The translations under genes and the position numbers were made by a program. Shown in pieces: positions 50,190 through 62,013 of a stretch of DNA of 64,000 nt. Under the pieces are notes generated by a model. It saw nothing but the letters and a program-made list of their open reading frames with translations, was not told where the DNA came from and searched no databases. The first letter of the stretch is position 1. Each line of letters starts with the position of its first letter. The DNA comes from an uncultured delta proteobacterium (GTDB taxonomy: Bacteria; Desulfobacterota; Binatia; UBA9968), in the NCBI GenBank assembly GCA_963745835.1, contig CAVUZH010000019.1:384001-448000 (forward strand). The letters are read 5' to 3'.

Positions 50190-51668
50190 ATGGAAATTAG
50201 ATTCAAAGATATCGGGCCGGAAAGTTTGAAGACCGACCTTTTGGTGGTGCCTGTTTCCGAGAAGAGGCTTGAAGAGACAAGCATTCGCGCACTGGACCGC
50301 CGACTAAAGGGAAAGCTACAGGAGCGCATCCAGAAAAGTAAGTTTGCCGGGACGGAAGGCGCCAGCCTGCTCTACTCGACGGCCGGAGTGCTCCCTGCCG
50401 CAAATCTGCTGCTGATTGGACTCGGTAAGGCCTCGGATGTAGATGCTGAAGTTTGGCGTAGATCCGGAGCGCGGGCCAGACGAGAGGCCACTGCGCTTGG
50501 GCTTGAGGATATCGGATTTTTTTTCTCTCCCGAACGAGATCCCGCTGGCGCTGCGGCGGCAATCGTCGAGGGAGCATTGCTGGCTTCTTACCAGTTCACT
50601 AAATACCGCTCCAACGCCAAGAACCCTTTAGGGATCAAGACTCTCACGCTCCATAAACCCGGGCTGAGTCGCAGCAGCGGTATGGATCAGGCGGTGCGCA
50701 TTACTGAACAAACTGTCGGCGCGGTTTTCTTAGCGCGCGATTTGATCAACGAGCCTCCCTCGGTCACTACGGCACGATATTTAGGCGAACAGGCGGAGCG
50801 TCACTGTCGTGGCCGCGGCCTGTCTGTGGACGTCTGGGGTAAAAAGAAAATCGAATCCATGAAGTTGGCGGGGCTCTTGGCCGTTAATCGCGGCAGTCAA
50901 GAAGAGCCACGTTTTATAACGATTCATTACAAGCCGGCGGGTAAACCTAGGAAGAAAATCGCCCTAATCGGCAAAGGAATCACTTTCGACTCAGGTGGGC
51001 TATCGCTCAAGCCGTCCAAGTCTATGGAGACTATGAAACTGGATATGGCGGGTGGCGCGGCGGTCATTGCCGCCATGAGTCGGCTGCCGGTGCTGCGTCC
51101 GGCAGTTGAGGTCATTGGCTACATCCCGACGACGGATAATCTGCCCGGCCCCAACGCTCAGAAGCCCGGCGATGTCATTCGTTACCTTAATGGCAAAACC
51201 ATCGAGGTCTTGAACACCGACGCCGAAGGCCGTTTGATTCTTGCCGATGCTTTGGCGTTAGCCGCTAAGCAAAAGCCGGATTACATGATCAATTTGGCTA
51301 CCTTGACCGGCGCTTGCATGGTCGCTTTGGGCACGCAGGTGGCCGGTATGTTCAGCAACCACCAAGCTCTCGCCGAGAGAATCATGCGCTGTGCGCAGGA
51401 ATCGGGCGAGAAGCTGTGGCAACTTCCGCTCGTCAAGGAGTATCGCGAGGACATCAAGAGTAGCGTTGCCGATATCAAGAATATTGGTGGCGGCCACGGC
51501 GGCGCGATAACTGCGGCCCTGATACTACAAGAGTTCGTCGAAGAAATTCCCTGGGCTCATCTCGACATCGCGGGGCCCGCATATACCGACCGCGACATTG
51601 CCACCTGTCCCAAGGGCGGAACCGGATTTGGCGTGCGCACCCTGCTGAGATTTCTTATGACCGTATAG
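50190..51668 (+). CDS. pepA: Leucyl aminopeptidase (M17)
   Basis: GKGITFDSGG, MKLDMAG, NTDAEGRL, HLDIAG. Confidence 0.96.
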   Translation: MEIRFKDIGPESLKTDLLVVPVSEKRLEETSIRALDRRLKGKLQERIQKSKFAGTEGASLLYSTAGVLPAANLLLIGLGKASDVDAEVWRRSGARARREATALGLEDIGFFFSPERDPAGAAAAIVEGALLASYQFTKYRSNAKNPLGIKTLTLHKPGLSRSSGMDQAVRITEQTVGAVFLARDLINEPPSVTTARYLGEQAERHCRGRGLSVDVWGKKKIESMKLAGLLAVNRGSQEEPRFITIHYKPAGKPRKKIALIGKGITFDSGGLSLKPSKSMETMKLDMAGGAAVIAAMSRLPVLRPAVEVIGYIPTTDNLPGPNAQKPGDVIRYLNGKTIEVLNTDAEGRLILADALALAAKQKPDYMINLATLTGACMVALGTQVAGMFSNHQALAERIMRCAQESGEKLWQLPLVKEYREDIKSSVADIKNIGGGHGGAITAALILQEFVEEIPWAHLDIAGPAYTDRDIATCPKGGTGFGVRTLLRFLMTV

Positions 51669-51685
51669 AAAAGGAGACAACCATC

Positions 51686-52012
51686 GTGGGAAAAATCACT
51701 GAAGTTGGCGACAACAATTTCGACGTTGAAGTGATCCAAAGTAGCGTGCCGGTGCTGGTCGATTTCTGGGCCCCCTGGTGCGGTCCATGCCGGTCGATCG
51801 CGCCAATTGTCGAAGAAATCGCCGGAGAGTACGAAGGCAAACTGAAAGTAACTAAACTCAACGTCGATGAGCATCCCGCCACAGCATCGCGCTACGGCAT
51901 TCGCGGCATCCCAAATCTGCTTATACTCAAGTCCGGCGCGGTAAAAGAACAAATCGTTGGCGCCGTCCCCAAAGCAAAACTGGTCAGCGCAATCGACAAA
52001 GCCCTACAGTAA
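51686..52012 (+). CDS. trxA: Thioredoxin
   Basis: DFWAPWCGPC; AAGGAG SD before GTG. Confidence 0.96.
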   Translation: MGKITEVGDNNFDVEVIQSSVPVLVDFWAPWCGPCRSIAPIVEEIAGEYEGKLKVTKLNVDEHPATASRYGIRGIPNLLILKSGAVKEQIVGAVPKAKLVSAIDKALQ

Positions 52013-52147
52013 GAAGATACGGGTTGTTTGAAGGGGTTACTTGATTCGAACAAGCATCAGCTTTACCGCAGGCATCCGAACCAGGAGGCTCAGCGTCTCA
52101 ATGATCGATGCTCGAGTTGCAAAACGGACTGTTCGGACTCGCTCTCC

Positions 52148-53251
52148 TCAGAAAGTGTACCGGCGCATACTGACGTTTATCATCATGCCGACTGCGAACA
52201 TCATTGATGCCAGTGCCGACCCGCCATAGCTGAATAGCGGCAATGGGACGCCCACTACCGGCATCAGGCCCGCCACCATGGACACATTGATCACCACATG
52301 CCAGAACAGGATTGCCACCATGCCGAAGATTAACAGCGCGCCGAATCGATCTTTGGCTCGTTCAAAGAGCTTAAGACAATAGACCATCATGGCAAAATAA
52401 CAGGCAAGCAAAACGAAACAGCCGACAAAGCCCCACTCCTCGGAAAACACTGCGAAGATAAAATCAGTATGCTGAGCCGGCAAGAAATCCAGCCGGTTTT
52501 GGCTACCGTGCAAGTAGCCTTTGCCGAACATCATTCCTGATCCGATCGCAATCTGTGATTGAATGACGTGGTATCCTGCACCCAGCGGATCACGATCAGG
52601 ATCAAAAAATGTCAGCACACGCTGCCGCTGGTAAGGCCACAGGAGATTCCATCCAATTGGCAGAAATGCCAGCCCGGCAGCGGCCAAACCGAGAAATGAC
52701 TTTAATCGCAGCCCGCCGATCAGCATCATACTCATAAAAACCAGGCCGAGAATAATCGCAGTGCCAAGATCAGGTTGAACCAGCGTCAGTAATATTAACG
52801 GCGCAACCAATACGAACGGCGCCCAAAGGTCACGTAAATAATAGCCCCGCGACGGCTCGCTATCTTGAAAATATTTCGCCATCACCAAGACAATGGCCAG
52901 CTTTGCCGGCTCCGAGGGCTGCAGTCTGAAGAACCCGAGATTAATCCAGCGCTGCGAGCCACCTCCTGAATGTCCGACAAAGAAAACCGATATCAGCAGA
53001 AGTAAGATCAACCCGTAAAACGGATATGCCAGCCGATCGACGTAGTGGTAATCAAACGCAATGGTGGTGAACATAACCGCGAGTCCCAGCCCCAGCCAAA
53101 GGAGCTGGCGCGAAGGGAGGCCCCCGGCATGCTCCGCCGTGATGTCGTAATTGGCGCTATAGATGGTCACGATCCCCATGCCGACGAAGGCAAGGGTTAG
53201 AAGAAACAGAGGCCAATCGAAATGTGAAATGAGGCGGCGATCAATCTGCAA
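52148..53251 (-). CDS. rodA: Rod shape-determining SEDS protein RodA
   Basis: QPSEPAK, QPDLGT, HTDFIF, PLFSYGGS; follows PBP2. Confidence 0.96.
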   Translation of the reverse strand: MQIDRRLISHFDWPLFLLTLAFVGMGIVTIYSANYDITAEHAGGLPSRQLLWLGLGLAVMFTTIAFDYHYVDRLAYPFYGLILLLLISVFFVGHSGGGSQRWINLGFFRLQPSEPAKLAIVLVMAKYFQDSEPSRGYYLRDLWAPFVLVAPLILLTLVQPDLGTAIILGLVFMSMMLIGGLRLKSFLGLAAAGLAFLPIGWNLLWPYQRQRVLTFFDPDRDPLGAGYHVIQSQIAIGSGMMFGKGYLHGSQNRLDFLPAQHTDFIFAVFSEEWGFVGCFVLLACYFAMMVYCLKLFERAKDRFGALLIFGMVAILFWHVVINVSMVAGLMPVVGVPLPLFSYGGSALASMMFAVGMMINVSMRRYTF

Positions 53252-55124
53252 CGATCTCTCCTGGCGCCCGGGCTTGTTGTTGATCCTTTGGCTGGTTTTT
53301 CATTTCGATGTATTTCTCGAAAACTTTTTTTGCCATGGGAGCAGCGGCTTCACCGCCGTGCCCGCCGTGCTCTACCAACACGACGATGGCGACTTGTGGA
53401 TTCTCGACCGGCGCATAGGCGACGAACCAGGCATGGTCGCGGTTAAAATAAGAGAGTTGCTCGCTCTTGAGATAAGCTGCCTTCATCTCGACAACCTGCG
53501 CTGTGCCGGTCTTGCCGGCGACCGATATCATGTTCGAACGCGCCGCCCCACCGGTGCCGCCTCTGCCTCGCACCACATCAGCTAGAGCCGTCTGAACCCG
53601 CTGTAAGGTGGTTGGCTTCAAATTGATGGTGCGAATCCTTTCGGGCCCATACTCGCGCACCATTGTGCCATCCACAGACTCAACTTTGTTGACGATGCGC
53701 GGGCGATAAAGAGTCCCTCCGTTGGCCACCGCCGCCATCATATTGGCGAGTTGCAATGGAGTGGTCGTTAAATACCCCTGGCCGATTGCCACCGAGGGTG
53801 TTTCGCCCGGATACCAGGGCTGACGGTAACGCTTTCTCTTCCACGCGGTGTCCGGCACCAGTCCGTCTTTTTCATCGTCGAGAAAAGCACCGGTTTTTTC
53901 GCCCAACCCGAAGGCGCGGGAATACTTGGCGATCTTGTCTATGCCCAGGCGCTGGCCGAGCTGATAGAAATAGACATCGCAGGATTCGACGATTGCCTTG
54001 TGCAGGTCGACCGAGCCATGACCGCCCTTCTTCCAATCACGGAAGCTGCGATTCCCGAACGGGAAAAAACCGGGATCAGAAATCCGCGCATCCGGGTCAA
54101 TCACGCCTTCTTCAAGTCCGGCGATCGCCATGATGATTTTGAACGTCGATCCCGGAGGATACTGTCCTTGAATCGCGCGATTATTAAGCGGCCGCAGCCT
54201 ATCTTTTGTCAGGGTGCGCCATTCTTCAGGTTTGATTCCCCGGGCAAAGAGATTGGGGTCGAACGCCGGCGTGCTCACCATCGTCAAAATCGCGCCGGTC
54301 TGAATGTCCAGCGCTACAATGGTTCCTTCCTTGCCTTTGAGCGCTTCGTAAGCGGTTTGCTGCAGCTGCCGGTCCAGCGTGAGGTGAACCGTGTAACCGG
54401 GAACATCAACCACTTCGTGCAGCACCCTCACACGCCGTCCTAAGGCATCGACTTCAACCTGCTGCCCGCCGTTTTGGCCTTTAAGAAATCCCTCCCATCT
54501 CTTTTCTAAGCCATACTGGCCGATCTCATCACCGGATCCGTAGCCCTGCTCTTTAAGAATCTTGAGCTGCTTGGGGCCGATCTCACCAAGATAGCCCAAC
54601 ACATGCGCCGCCATCGGGCCGTCAGCGTAGTTGCGCCGGGGTCGTACCCGCAAGTTGACCCCCGGAAGATCGAGCTGATGTGTTTCGACTGCTACCACCG
54701 TGGCCCAATCCACATCCCGCCCTAAGATGATTTCATCGAATGCGGCGCGACTCTTGTTCTCCTCGAAAACTGCAATGAGCTCATGCTCCGGTCGCCCCAA
54801 GTACTTCGCCAGTTGCCGCAATGTGCTTTGCGGGTCTCCCGCATCTTCGGGCACAAACAACAGGTCAAATGATGGTCGGCTGTCAACCATCAACTCGCCT
54901 TGACGATCCATGATCATGCCACGGGTGCCGGGAACTCTCTTGATTCGCACCCGGTTGTTCTCAGAAAGGAAAGTATAGCGTTCGCCCTGAGCAATCTGGA
55001 GAACCGCCAGGCGTGACATGATTCCGAGAAAAGCGATAATTAAAACAAGATAAACAAACCGCGTACGGACGCGGAGTTCCGGGGCGCCATCTTTTCGAGC
55101 CACATCGCCGAGAATAGCCATCAA
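53241..55124 (-). CDS. mrdA: Penicillin-binding protein 2
   Basis: PGSTFK (SxxK), SCD, KTGTAQ; in mre operon. Confidence 0.96.
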   Translation of the reverse strand: MMAILGDVARKDGAPELRVRTRFVYLVLIIAFLGIMSRLAVLQIAQGERYTFLSENNRVRIKRVPGTRGMIMDRQGELMVDSRPSFDLLFVPEDAGDPQSTLRQLAKYLGRPEHELIAVFEENKSRAAFDEIILGRDVDWATVVAVETHQLDLPGVNLRVRPRRNYADGPMAAHVLGYLGEIGPKQLKILKEQGYGSGDEIGQYGLEKRWEGFLKGQNGGQQVEVDALGRRVRVLHEVVDVPGYTVHLTLDRQLQQTAYEALKGKEGTIVALDIQTGAILTMVSTPAFDPNLFARGIKPEEWRTLTKDRLRPLNNRAIQGQYPPGSTFKIIMAIAGLEEGVIDPDARISDPGFFPFGNRSFRDWKKGGHGSVDLHKAIVESCDVYFYQLGQRLGIDKIAKYSRAFGLGEKTGAFLDDEKDGLVPDTAWKRKRYRQPWYPGETPSVAIGQGYLTTTPLQLANMMAAVANGGTLYRPRIVNKVESVDGTMVREYGPERIRTINLKPTTLQRVQTALADVVRGRGGTGGAARSNMISVAGKTGTAQVVEMKAAYLKSEQLSYFNRDHAWFVAYAPVENPQVAIVVLVEHGGHGGEAAAPMAKKVFEKYIEMKNQPKDQQQARAPGEIVAD

Positions 55125-55624
55125 TAATACAACCCGGGTATCTGGACCTTTTCGAGATAGGTTTGGCCGCGGCGCAAGAGCGCAAAGACGAACGGAGCCA
55201 GCAGTGCAGCGACCAAAGCTTCAAGTAGTATATACCGTAAGGCCCCCATCCAGAAGCCTTCGGTGCTGAGAAAAATCACGGAGACCAACACTAACGCGAC
55301 TCCCTTGACCAATGAAGCCAAGAGAACAACCACGGCGCTGACCAGGTGATTATGAAGCCAGATTGAACGAGAGCTGAGGTAGACGGCCAGGAATACCAGT
55401 GACATTGCGAACGCGTTGATACCCAAGATCGGGCTGGAAACAACATCAACCGAGTAGCCCAATACAAACGAGGCCAGAACAGCGCCGACGGTCGGATGGT
55501 GCAGCCCCCAGTAAACGCAAAGAACAAGTATCAAATCAGGAACCAAGGGAAAAAAATGGAGGAAAGTCGTTTGTAGCAGAACCATCAGGAGTCCAATGGC
55601 GAATAAGAGCAACGAGAGTTTCAT
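55121..55624 (-). CDS. mreD: Rod shape-determining protein MreD
   Basis: Hydrophobic, VPDLIL motif, position between mreC and mrdA. Confidence 0.88.
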   Translation of the reverse strand: MKLSLLLFAIGLLMVLLQTTFLHFFPLVPDLILVLCVYWGLHHPTVGAVLASFVLGYSVDVVSSPILGINAFAMSLVFLAVYLSSRSIWLHNHLVSAVVVLLASLVKGVALVLVSVIFLSTEGFWMGALRYILLEALVAALLAPFVFALLRRGQTYLEKVQIPGLYY

Positions 55625-55642
55625 GTCCGACCCACAGAACCG

Positions 55643-56476
55643 TTATTTCGCGGCTGATCTCCCTTCGGCGCTGACTACCAGCACGATTTCAGTGCGAGCA
55701 AGACTGACCGCCGGAATGACCTCGATGACTTGAAACAAACCCAAACTCTCTTTGCGCACCTTGGTGATCGTGCCGACCATCAAGCCTTTGAGAAACACCC
55801 CATCGAGACCCGACGTGATAAGCCGATCGCCAACCTGAACATCCTCAGTACGTTTGATGTATTTCAGCACCGTGCCATTTTCCAACGAGCCCGACACAAT
55901 GCCCCGCGCGCGAGTGCGCTGCACCATGACATCGATTCCACTGTTGGAATCGGTGAGCAACAAAACCTTGGCGCTTCGCGCCGCCACGTCCACGACTCGT
56001 CCCACAACTCCCAAAGGCGTAACTACAGACATTCCCTTGCGCACTCCGTCGGCAGTGCCTTTATCGATGGAGCAGCTCTGAAACCAGTTGCTCGCGCTGT
56101 TGGCAATAATCGAGGCTGTGATGCCGGCAGCTGGCAAATGCGAGCGGAAATCCAATAAGTGTCGGAGTTGCTGATTGGTTGCTTCCGCTTCCAAAAATCG
56201 ATTTCGCTCCATCTCAAGCTCTAAGATACGTTCTCTGAGCCGTTCATTTTCAGCCTTGTAGCCGGCTGCCGTGAGATGGCTTTCCTGCAATCCCTTGATC
56301 CAGCTCGTGGTTGCATGCGCTGCAATCTGCAATGGCCGGATTAGCCATAGCAGAAGCGGTCCGATGGGATCGTTTTTGAGCTGGCCGCGAGCAGCCGCGG
56401 TCATTATATAGAGGGATAAGACAATGCAGAAACAGCAGCTAAGAGGAATTTGGTACTTGCGAAAAAAAGCGAGCAT
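55643..56476 (-). CDS. mreC: Rod shape-determining protein MreC
   Basis: ENERLR coiled coil, IDKG..DGV, TSGLDGVF. Confidence 0.94.
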   Translation of the reverse strand: MLAFFRKYQIPLSCCFCIVLSLYIMTAAARGQLKNDPIGPLLLWLIRPLQIAAHATTSWIKGLQESHLTAAGYKAENERLRERILELEMERNRFLEAEATNQQLRHLLDFRSHLPAAGITASIIANSASNWFQSCSIDKGTADGVRKGMSVVTPLGVVGRVVDVAARSAKVLLLTDSNSGIDVMVQRTRARGIVSGSLENGTVLKYIKRTEDVQVGDRLITSGLDGVFLKGLMVGTITKVRKESLGLFQVIEVIPAVSLARTEIVLVVSAEGRSAAK

Positions 56477-56523
56477 TGAAGGCTCGAACGTGCAGGAGCA
56501 GGAGACATTGCGGGTCTCGAAAC

Positions 56524-57567
<1,044 letters not shown>

Positions 57568-57761
57568 TTATTAGCGCGAAAAGAAGAAGACTAAAGCAGC
57601 GTAAAAATAGCAGATTTGTCACTACCAAGCAAGAAAATGAAATTTTCACCAGGGTAGAAACTGGTGAATTATGCGATGGTTGCATTGCCAATGACCTTTC
57701 CCTATCATTAATCTTCTCTCAAATACGCTCTTCCGACCTAACGCTGAAAGGCTTGTCGCGC

Positions 57762-59672
57762 ATGCTCGATTTTCTAAGAAAAAAGAAACGGTCCTGGATC
57801 ATCACCATACTATTGGGCCTGATTATTGTCGTCTTTATCGCATTTTACGGCGGCTCCCAGCAGCCGACCGGCGTCACCTCTCACGTCGCGGAAGTAAACG
57901 GTGAAAGCATCTCGCAGCGAGAATTCATAGTGCACTACCAGCGCGCCGTGGAACGCTACCGCGAAATGTTCAAAGGTTCTTTTACGCCGGAACTGCTGAA
58001 AAATTTAAATATCAAGCAGTCGCTGTTGGAAGAGATGATCGAGGCCCGTTTAGTGCTTCAGGAAGCGCGCCGTTTAGGTCTCAGCGCCACCGATGAAGAA
58101 CTCATGAATGCCATCGCGCAAGTCCCCGAGTTCCATGTCAACGGCCGGTTTAATAAGGAGCGCTATATACAGCTTCTTCGTGCCAATCGGCTGACTCCAG
58201 CGCAGTTCGAAGAAGATCAGAGAAAACAGCTCACCATCCAACGCTTACTCGGAGTTCTCGCCGACGCCGCGCATGTGACTGAAGCCGAGGTGCGCGAGCG
58301 CTATCGCTTCGAACAGGAAAAGATCAATCTGCAGTTTATCCGGTTTTCAGTCAGCGACAACTTATCTGAGGTAGAGATCAATGACGAAGATGTCCAGAAA
58401 TTTTATGACCGTAACAAGGAATCCCTCAAGGAGCCGCTCAAAGTTCAAGTAGAATACATCCCCTATTCTTTCGAACAGTTCTCCGGCCCGGTGCACCTCA
58501 CTGATAAGGAGGTTGAGGAATATTACAGCGCCAACCGCGCAACCAAGTTTACCACGCCCAAACAGGCAAAGGTCCGTTACATAATGATTCGTCTCGATGC
58601 CGGAGCAGACGCTAAACAGAAAGAGGCTGCTCAAGTTCGGGCGAATCGGATCGTCGCAGAGGCGCGTGGAGGAAAGAATTTCGCCGAATTAGCCAAAAAG
58701 GAATCGCAGGATCCCAGCGCAGAAAAAGGTGGAGAGATCGGCTGGCTCAATCAAGGACAATTGCCGGAAGCTCTGGACAAGCAGATATTCGCGTTGGCTA
58801 AAGGAGAAATCAGCGAGCCTATCGAAACGCCGGTGGGTTTCCACATCGTCAAAGTCGAAGATATCAAGGAAGAAAAAACACTGAGCTTGGCCGAGGCGAA
58901 ACCGGTTATCACGCGCGAGCTCAAACTTGAAAAAGGAAAGTACGAGGCGGCAAAGATCGCCGATCGCGACCGCGAAAAAGCGGCCTCCGGCAATGATCTC
59001 GCCAAGATCGCGCAAGACAGCGGCTTGTCGCTAAAGACAACCCGACTGTTCAGCGAGGGAGAAGTATTGCCCGAGATTGGCCCAACGCAAGACTTCTACA
59101 AGACAGCGCTAGCACTGAAAGCCAAGGAGGTTAGTTCAGTCATCGAAGGACCGAATGCCTACTATGTTCTCAAAGCGAAAGAACGTACGGAAGCAGTTGT
59201 TCCGCCGCTGGACGCGGTCCGCGGTAAAATCGAGAAAGGTCTGAAAGAATCAAAGGCTTATGAAATGTCCGTGCAGCAAGCTAACGATTCGCTCGATCAA
59301 GTCAAAAAAGAACCGAACCTTGCAAAATTTGCTCGTGATAAAAAACTGAAGCTGGAGGAAACCGGATGGTTCGCCCGCAACACACAACAGTTGCCCAAAG
59401 TGGGCGAGCTGCAAAATCTCACGGCCGGAAGTCTGGCACTCTCCGCGCGCAAACCTATTCCCGATAGGATTTTCACGCAAGCTGACGCAGCCTTCGTGTT
59501 TGCCTTCAAAGAGGCGCAACCGGCTGACATGGCTCAGTTTGAGAAGGATAAGAGCCAACTGATGCAACAGGCATTAGCCGAGGCCCGCCAGCGGATCCTG
59601 TTAAAGTTCAAAGACGAGCTCAAAGCCAAGGCCAAGATCGAAATTAATTCCGGGCCTCTTGAAGAAATCTGA
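57762..59672 (+). CDS. PpiD/SurA-like membrane-anchored parvulin chaperone
   Basis: MLDFLRK.. TM anchor, SurA_N-like region, FAELAKKESQD..KGGEIGW..GFHIVKV rotamase domain. Confidence 0.9.
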   Translation: MLDFLRKKKRSWIITILLGLIIVVFIAFYGGSQQPTGVTSHVAEVNGESISQREFIVHYQRAVERYREMFKGSFTPELLKNLNIKQSLLEEMIEARLVLQEARRLGLSATDEELMNAIAQVPEFHVNGRFNKERYIQLLRANRLTPAQFEEDQRKQLTIQRLLGVLADAAHVTEAEVRERYRFEQEKINLQFIRFSVSDNLSEVEINDEDVQKFYDRNKESLKEPLKVQVEYIPYSFEQFSGPVHLTDKEVEEYYSANRATKFTTPKQAKVRYIMIRLDAGADAKQKEAAQVRANRIVAEARGGKNFAELAKKESQDPSAEKGGEIGWLNQGQLPEALDKQIFALAKGEISEPIETPVGFHIVKVEDIKEEKTLSLAEAKPVITRELKLEKGKYEAAKIADRDREKAASGNDLAKIAQDSGLSLKTTRLFSEGEVLPEIGPTQDFYKTALALKAKEVSSVIEGPNAYYVLKAKERTEAVVPPLDAVRGKIEKGLKESKAYEMSVQQANDSLDQVKKEPNLAKFARDKKLKLEETGWFARNTQQLPKVGELQNLTAGSLALSARKPIPDRIFTQADAAFVFAFKEAQPADMAQFEKDKSQLMQQALAEARQRILLKFKDELKAKAKIEINSGPLEEI

Positions 59673-59684
59673 TTCGCCTCTGTA

Positions 59685-60305
59685 TTGATGCAAATCGTCT
59701 TGCTTCGCCATGGGGCGACAGATTGGAATCTTCAAGGCCGCTGCCAAGGTTCGAGTGATCGCCGGCTGACCGAAGTGGGCCTGCGCCAAGCCGAGCAGAT
59801 TTCAACTCAGCTCAGCAACGAAACCATTCATGCTGTTTATTCGAGCAGTCTTGAGCGGGCGCGCCAAACCGCGCAGCTGGTGAGCCGACCGCACAATCTT
59901 CCGGTCATGATCGAGGATGACGTACGTGAGCTCGACCATGGCGAATTGGAGGGACTGACTTTTAACGAGATCAAGGAGAAGTATTCCGAATTTCTAACGG
60001 GCTGGAGAACCGCGCCCGCGGAACTCCAGGTACCTGGCGGAGAAAGGCTCGCCGATGTTGCCGAGAGAGCCTGGGACGCTTTGACACGCATCGCGCAGCG
60101 TCATCAAACAGATCATACCGTGATCGTGGTAAGTCATAACTTTCCTATTCTTGGCGTCGTTTGCCGGGTGACTGGAACCGATCTAAACAATTATCGATCA
60201 TTTCATCTCGATCCCTGCGGCATCACGCGGATTACTCAGCACCGCGATAATATCTGGAAAGTCACTCACGTTAATAGCAGGCCCTACAGCTTGCCGCGGC
60301 CATAG
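59685..60305 (+). CDS. Histidine phosphatase family protein
   Basis: LRHGATDWN..QG, SS.LERARQTA, ELDHGELEG, VSH. Confidence 0.92.
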   Translation: MMQIVLLRHGATDWNLQGRCQGSSDRRLTEVGLRQAEQISTQLSNETIHAVYSSSLERARQTAQLVSRPHNLPVMIEDDVRELDHGELEGLTFNEIKEKYSEFLTGWRTAPAELQVPGGERLADVAERAWDALTRIAQRHQTDHTVIVVSHNFPILGVVCRVTGTDLNNYRSFHLDPCGITRITQHRDNIWKVTHVNSRPYSLPRP

Positions 60306-60331
60306 GCGCTTCGAGAGCCGGGCCTTTATTT

Positions 60332-61897
60332 TTACGAAGAATCCGCGTTAGCGTGCCTCCGTTTACCTGGAGCGAACGAGAAGGCCAGGAATAACAAGGC
60401 GAGCAGTATATAACTGGCTGCAAACTCAGGAGCTTCAAGCAAGCCGAAACGCGCGGCTACGCCGGCGGGCGTCAATTCGTAGGCGTGGATAAGGCCGATG
60501 GCGGAGAAAGCCGCTGCAGCTAAGGACCAGCCAGCCGCTTTTTTAAATTGTCTTTCGATCAAGGCAACACCAATGGCCGCAAGAATCATCGAGGTAAAAA
60601 TAAACCCTTGCTGAAGCGAGATCATGCCATGCATCGCGGGGTTTTGGCCAAAAGGCGCAAGTCCGACTGAATGCAACGATTTGCCCGCGACGCGCACACC
60701 GGTCTCGACCATTAACAGCCCCCATGCGGCCAATGCCGGCACAATCCCCAGCGCCACTGCCGGGGCATGTTCCTTTGGCGTCTCCTGAAAAGATTGGGCA
60801 ACAATGATAACGCCGATATAGAGAAGAATACCGATGCCGGACTCCAGCGGAATAAACGCAAGCACGGCTTGAATCGTTCCGGTGAGGCAAATCAACGCAA
60901 TGAAAAGACCGTTCAAAACCGAGTATCCGGAGCGCGCGCCGAGCCGCTTCCAGCCTGGATGGCCGATGTAAATCGTGGTCGGGAAAACGCTGCCGAGCAA
61001 AGCCGCCACCACGGAGCCCACGCCGTTGGCCAGCAGCGACGGAAAGGCTCGATAGCGATCTCCGGCGGCTTCCGCGCTTTCGATATTCTGCAGTGATCCA
61101 ACAACGTTGAAAATTCCCATTGGAATGATCACTGAAAGATAATTCAAAAATGCCGGATGGCGCAGCGCCTCGAGTAAGGAACCGCCGGTGAAATCGGGCC
61201 GTGCTAAAGCGAAATCGATGCTGGGCGGCGGACCTTTTACAGCTCCCAGCCACCATCCCAAAAGTGTTCCCACGGCGACAGCCACCATTCCGCCGGGCAG
61301 CCCGAGCGGAAATTTTTGCTGTGAGAAATAGGCGATAAAAATTAGTGCCAATGGAATCAGCGCCACCAAAGGCTGCGCGAAGATCCGGAAGGTAAAATCC
61401 ATCGAAATGAAAGTGATCGCGATGCCCGCCAAAGCTGAAAGTAACGCCGCCCGCGGCGTTACGCTACGGACGCGATCGGCGACAAAGGCTCCCGCGATTT
61501 CGATGACGCCATTAAGAAAACAAGCGACCAAGCCGACTTTCCATGCCCAAACCGGATCCTGCGTCTCCTGATAGATCGGCATCATGATGAAGAAAATAAA
61601 CGCGAACAGGCTGACCGTATTGATACCGTAAGGCAGCGCGGTGACGTCGTCTCGACCGGTTTCGCGCGCCAGCCGCCGCGCCTGCCATGCGTAAAACAGG
61701 TTGCCAACCAATATGGAAAACGCGGCGCCGGGTAGAATTTTGCCGAATATATATTCGTCGGGAAGATGGATCAGCTCGCGGCACAGGCTGACAATCAGGA
61801 TTAGCTGAATCAGATTATCGATCATCAATCCGAAAAAGCCGTCGAGATCTTTACGGACAAACCATGCTGGATTGAATGGATGTTGAGGCATATGCAA
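60332..61897 (-). CDS. NCS2/AzgA-like nucleobase permease-type membrane protein
   Basis: DLDGFFGL..DN, TALPYG, ESAEAAGD, YIGHPGWK; many TMs. Confidence 0.8.
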   Translation of the reverse strand: MHMPQHPFNPAWFVRKDLDGFFGLMIDNLIQLILIVSLCRELIHLPDEYIFGKILPGAAFSILVGNLFYAWQARRLARETGRDDVTALPYGINTVSLFAFIFFIMMPIYQETQDPVWAWKVGLVACFLNGVIEIAGAFVADRVRSVTPRAALLSALAGIAITFISMDFTFRIFAQPLVALIPLALIFIAYFSQQKFPLGLPGGMVAVAVGTLLGWWLGAVKGPPPSIDFALARPDFTGGSLLEALRHPAFLNYLSVIIPMGIFNVVGSLQNIESAEAAGDRYRAFPSLLANGVGSVVAALLGSVFPTTIYIGHPGWKRLGARSGYSVLNGLFIALICLTGTIQAVLAFIPLESGIGILLYIGVIIVAQSFQETPKEHAPAVALGIVPALAAWGLLMVETGVRVAGKSLHSVGLAPFGQNPAMHGMISLQQGFIFTSMILAAIGVALIERQFKKAAGWSLAAAAFSAIGLIHAYELTPAGVAARFGLLEAPEFAASYILLALLFLAFSFAPGKRRHANADSS

Positions 61898-62013
61898 CGG
61901 GTTTAAAGGATTGGCAGAATCTAGCCGTCACTATATTCCCTGTCAAACGTTATACGTGCCGGTCCACTCCACCTTGAAAGATCGGGCCGCGGTGGATAAG
62001 ACTAAACCAACCT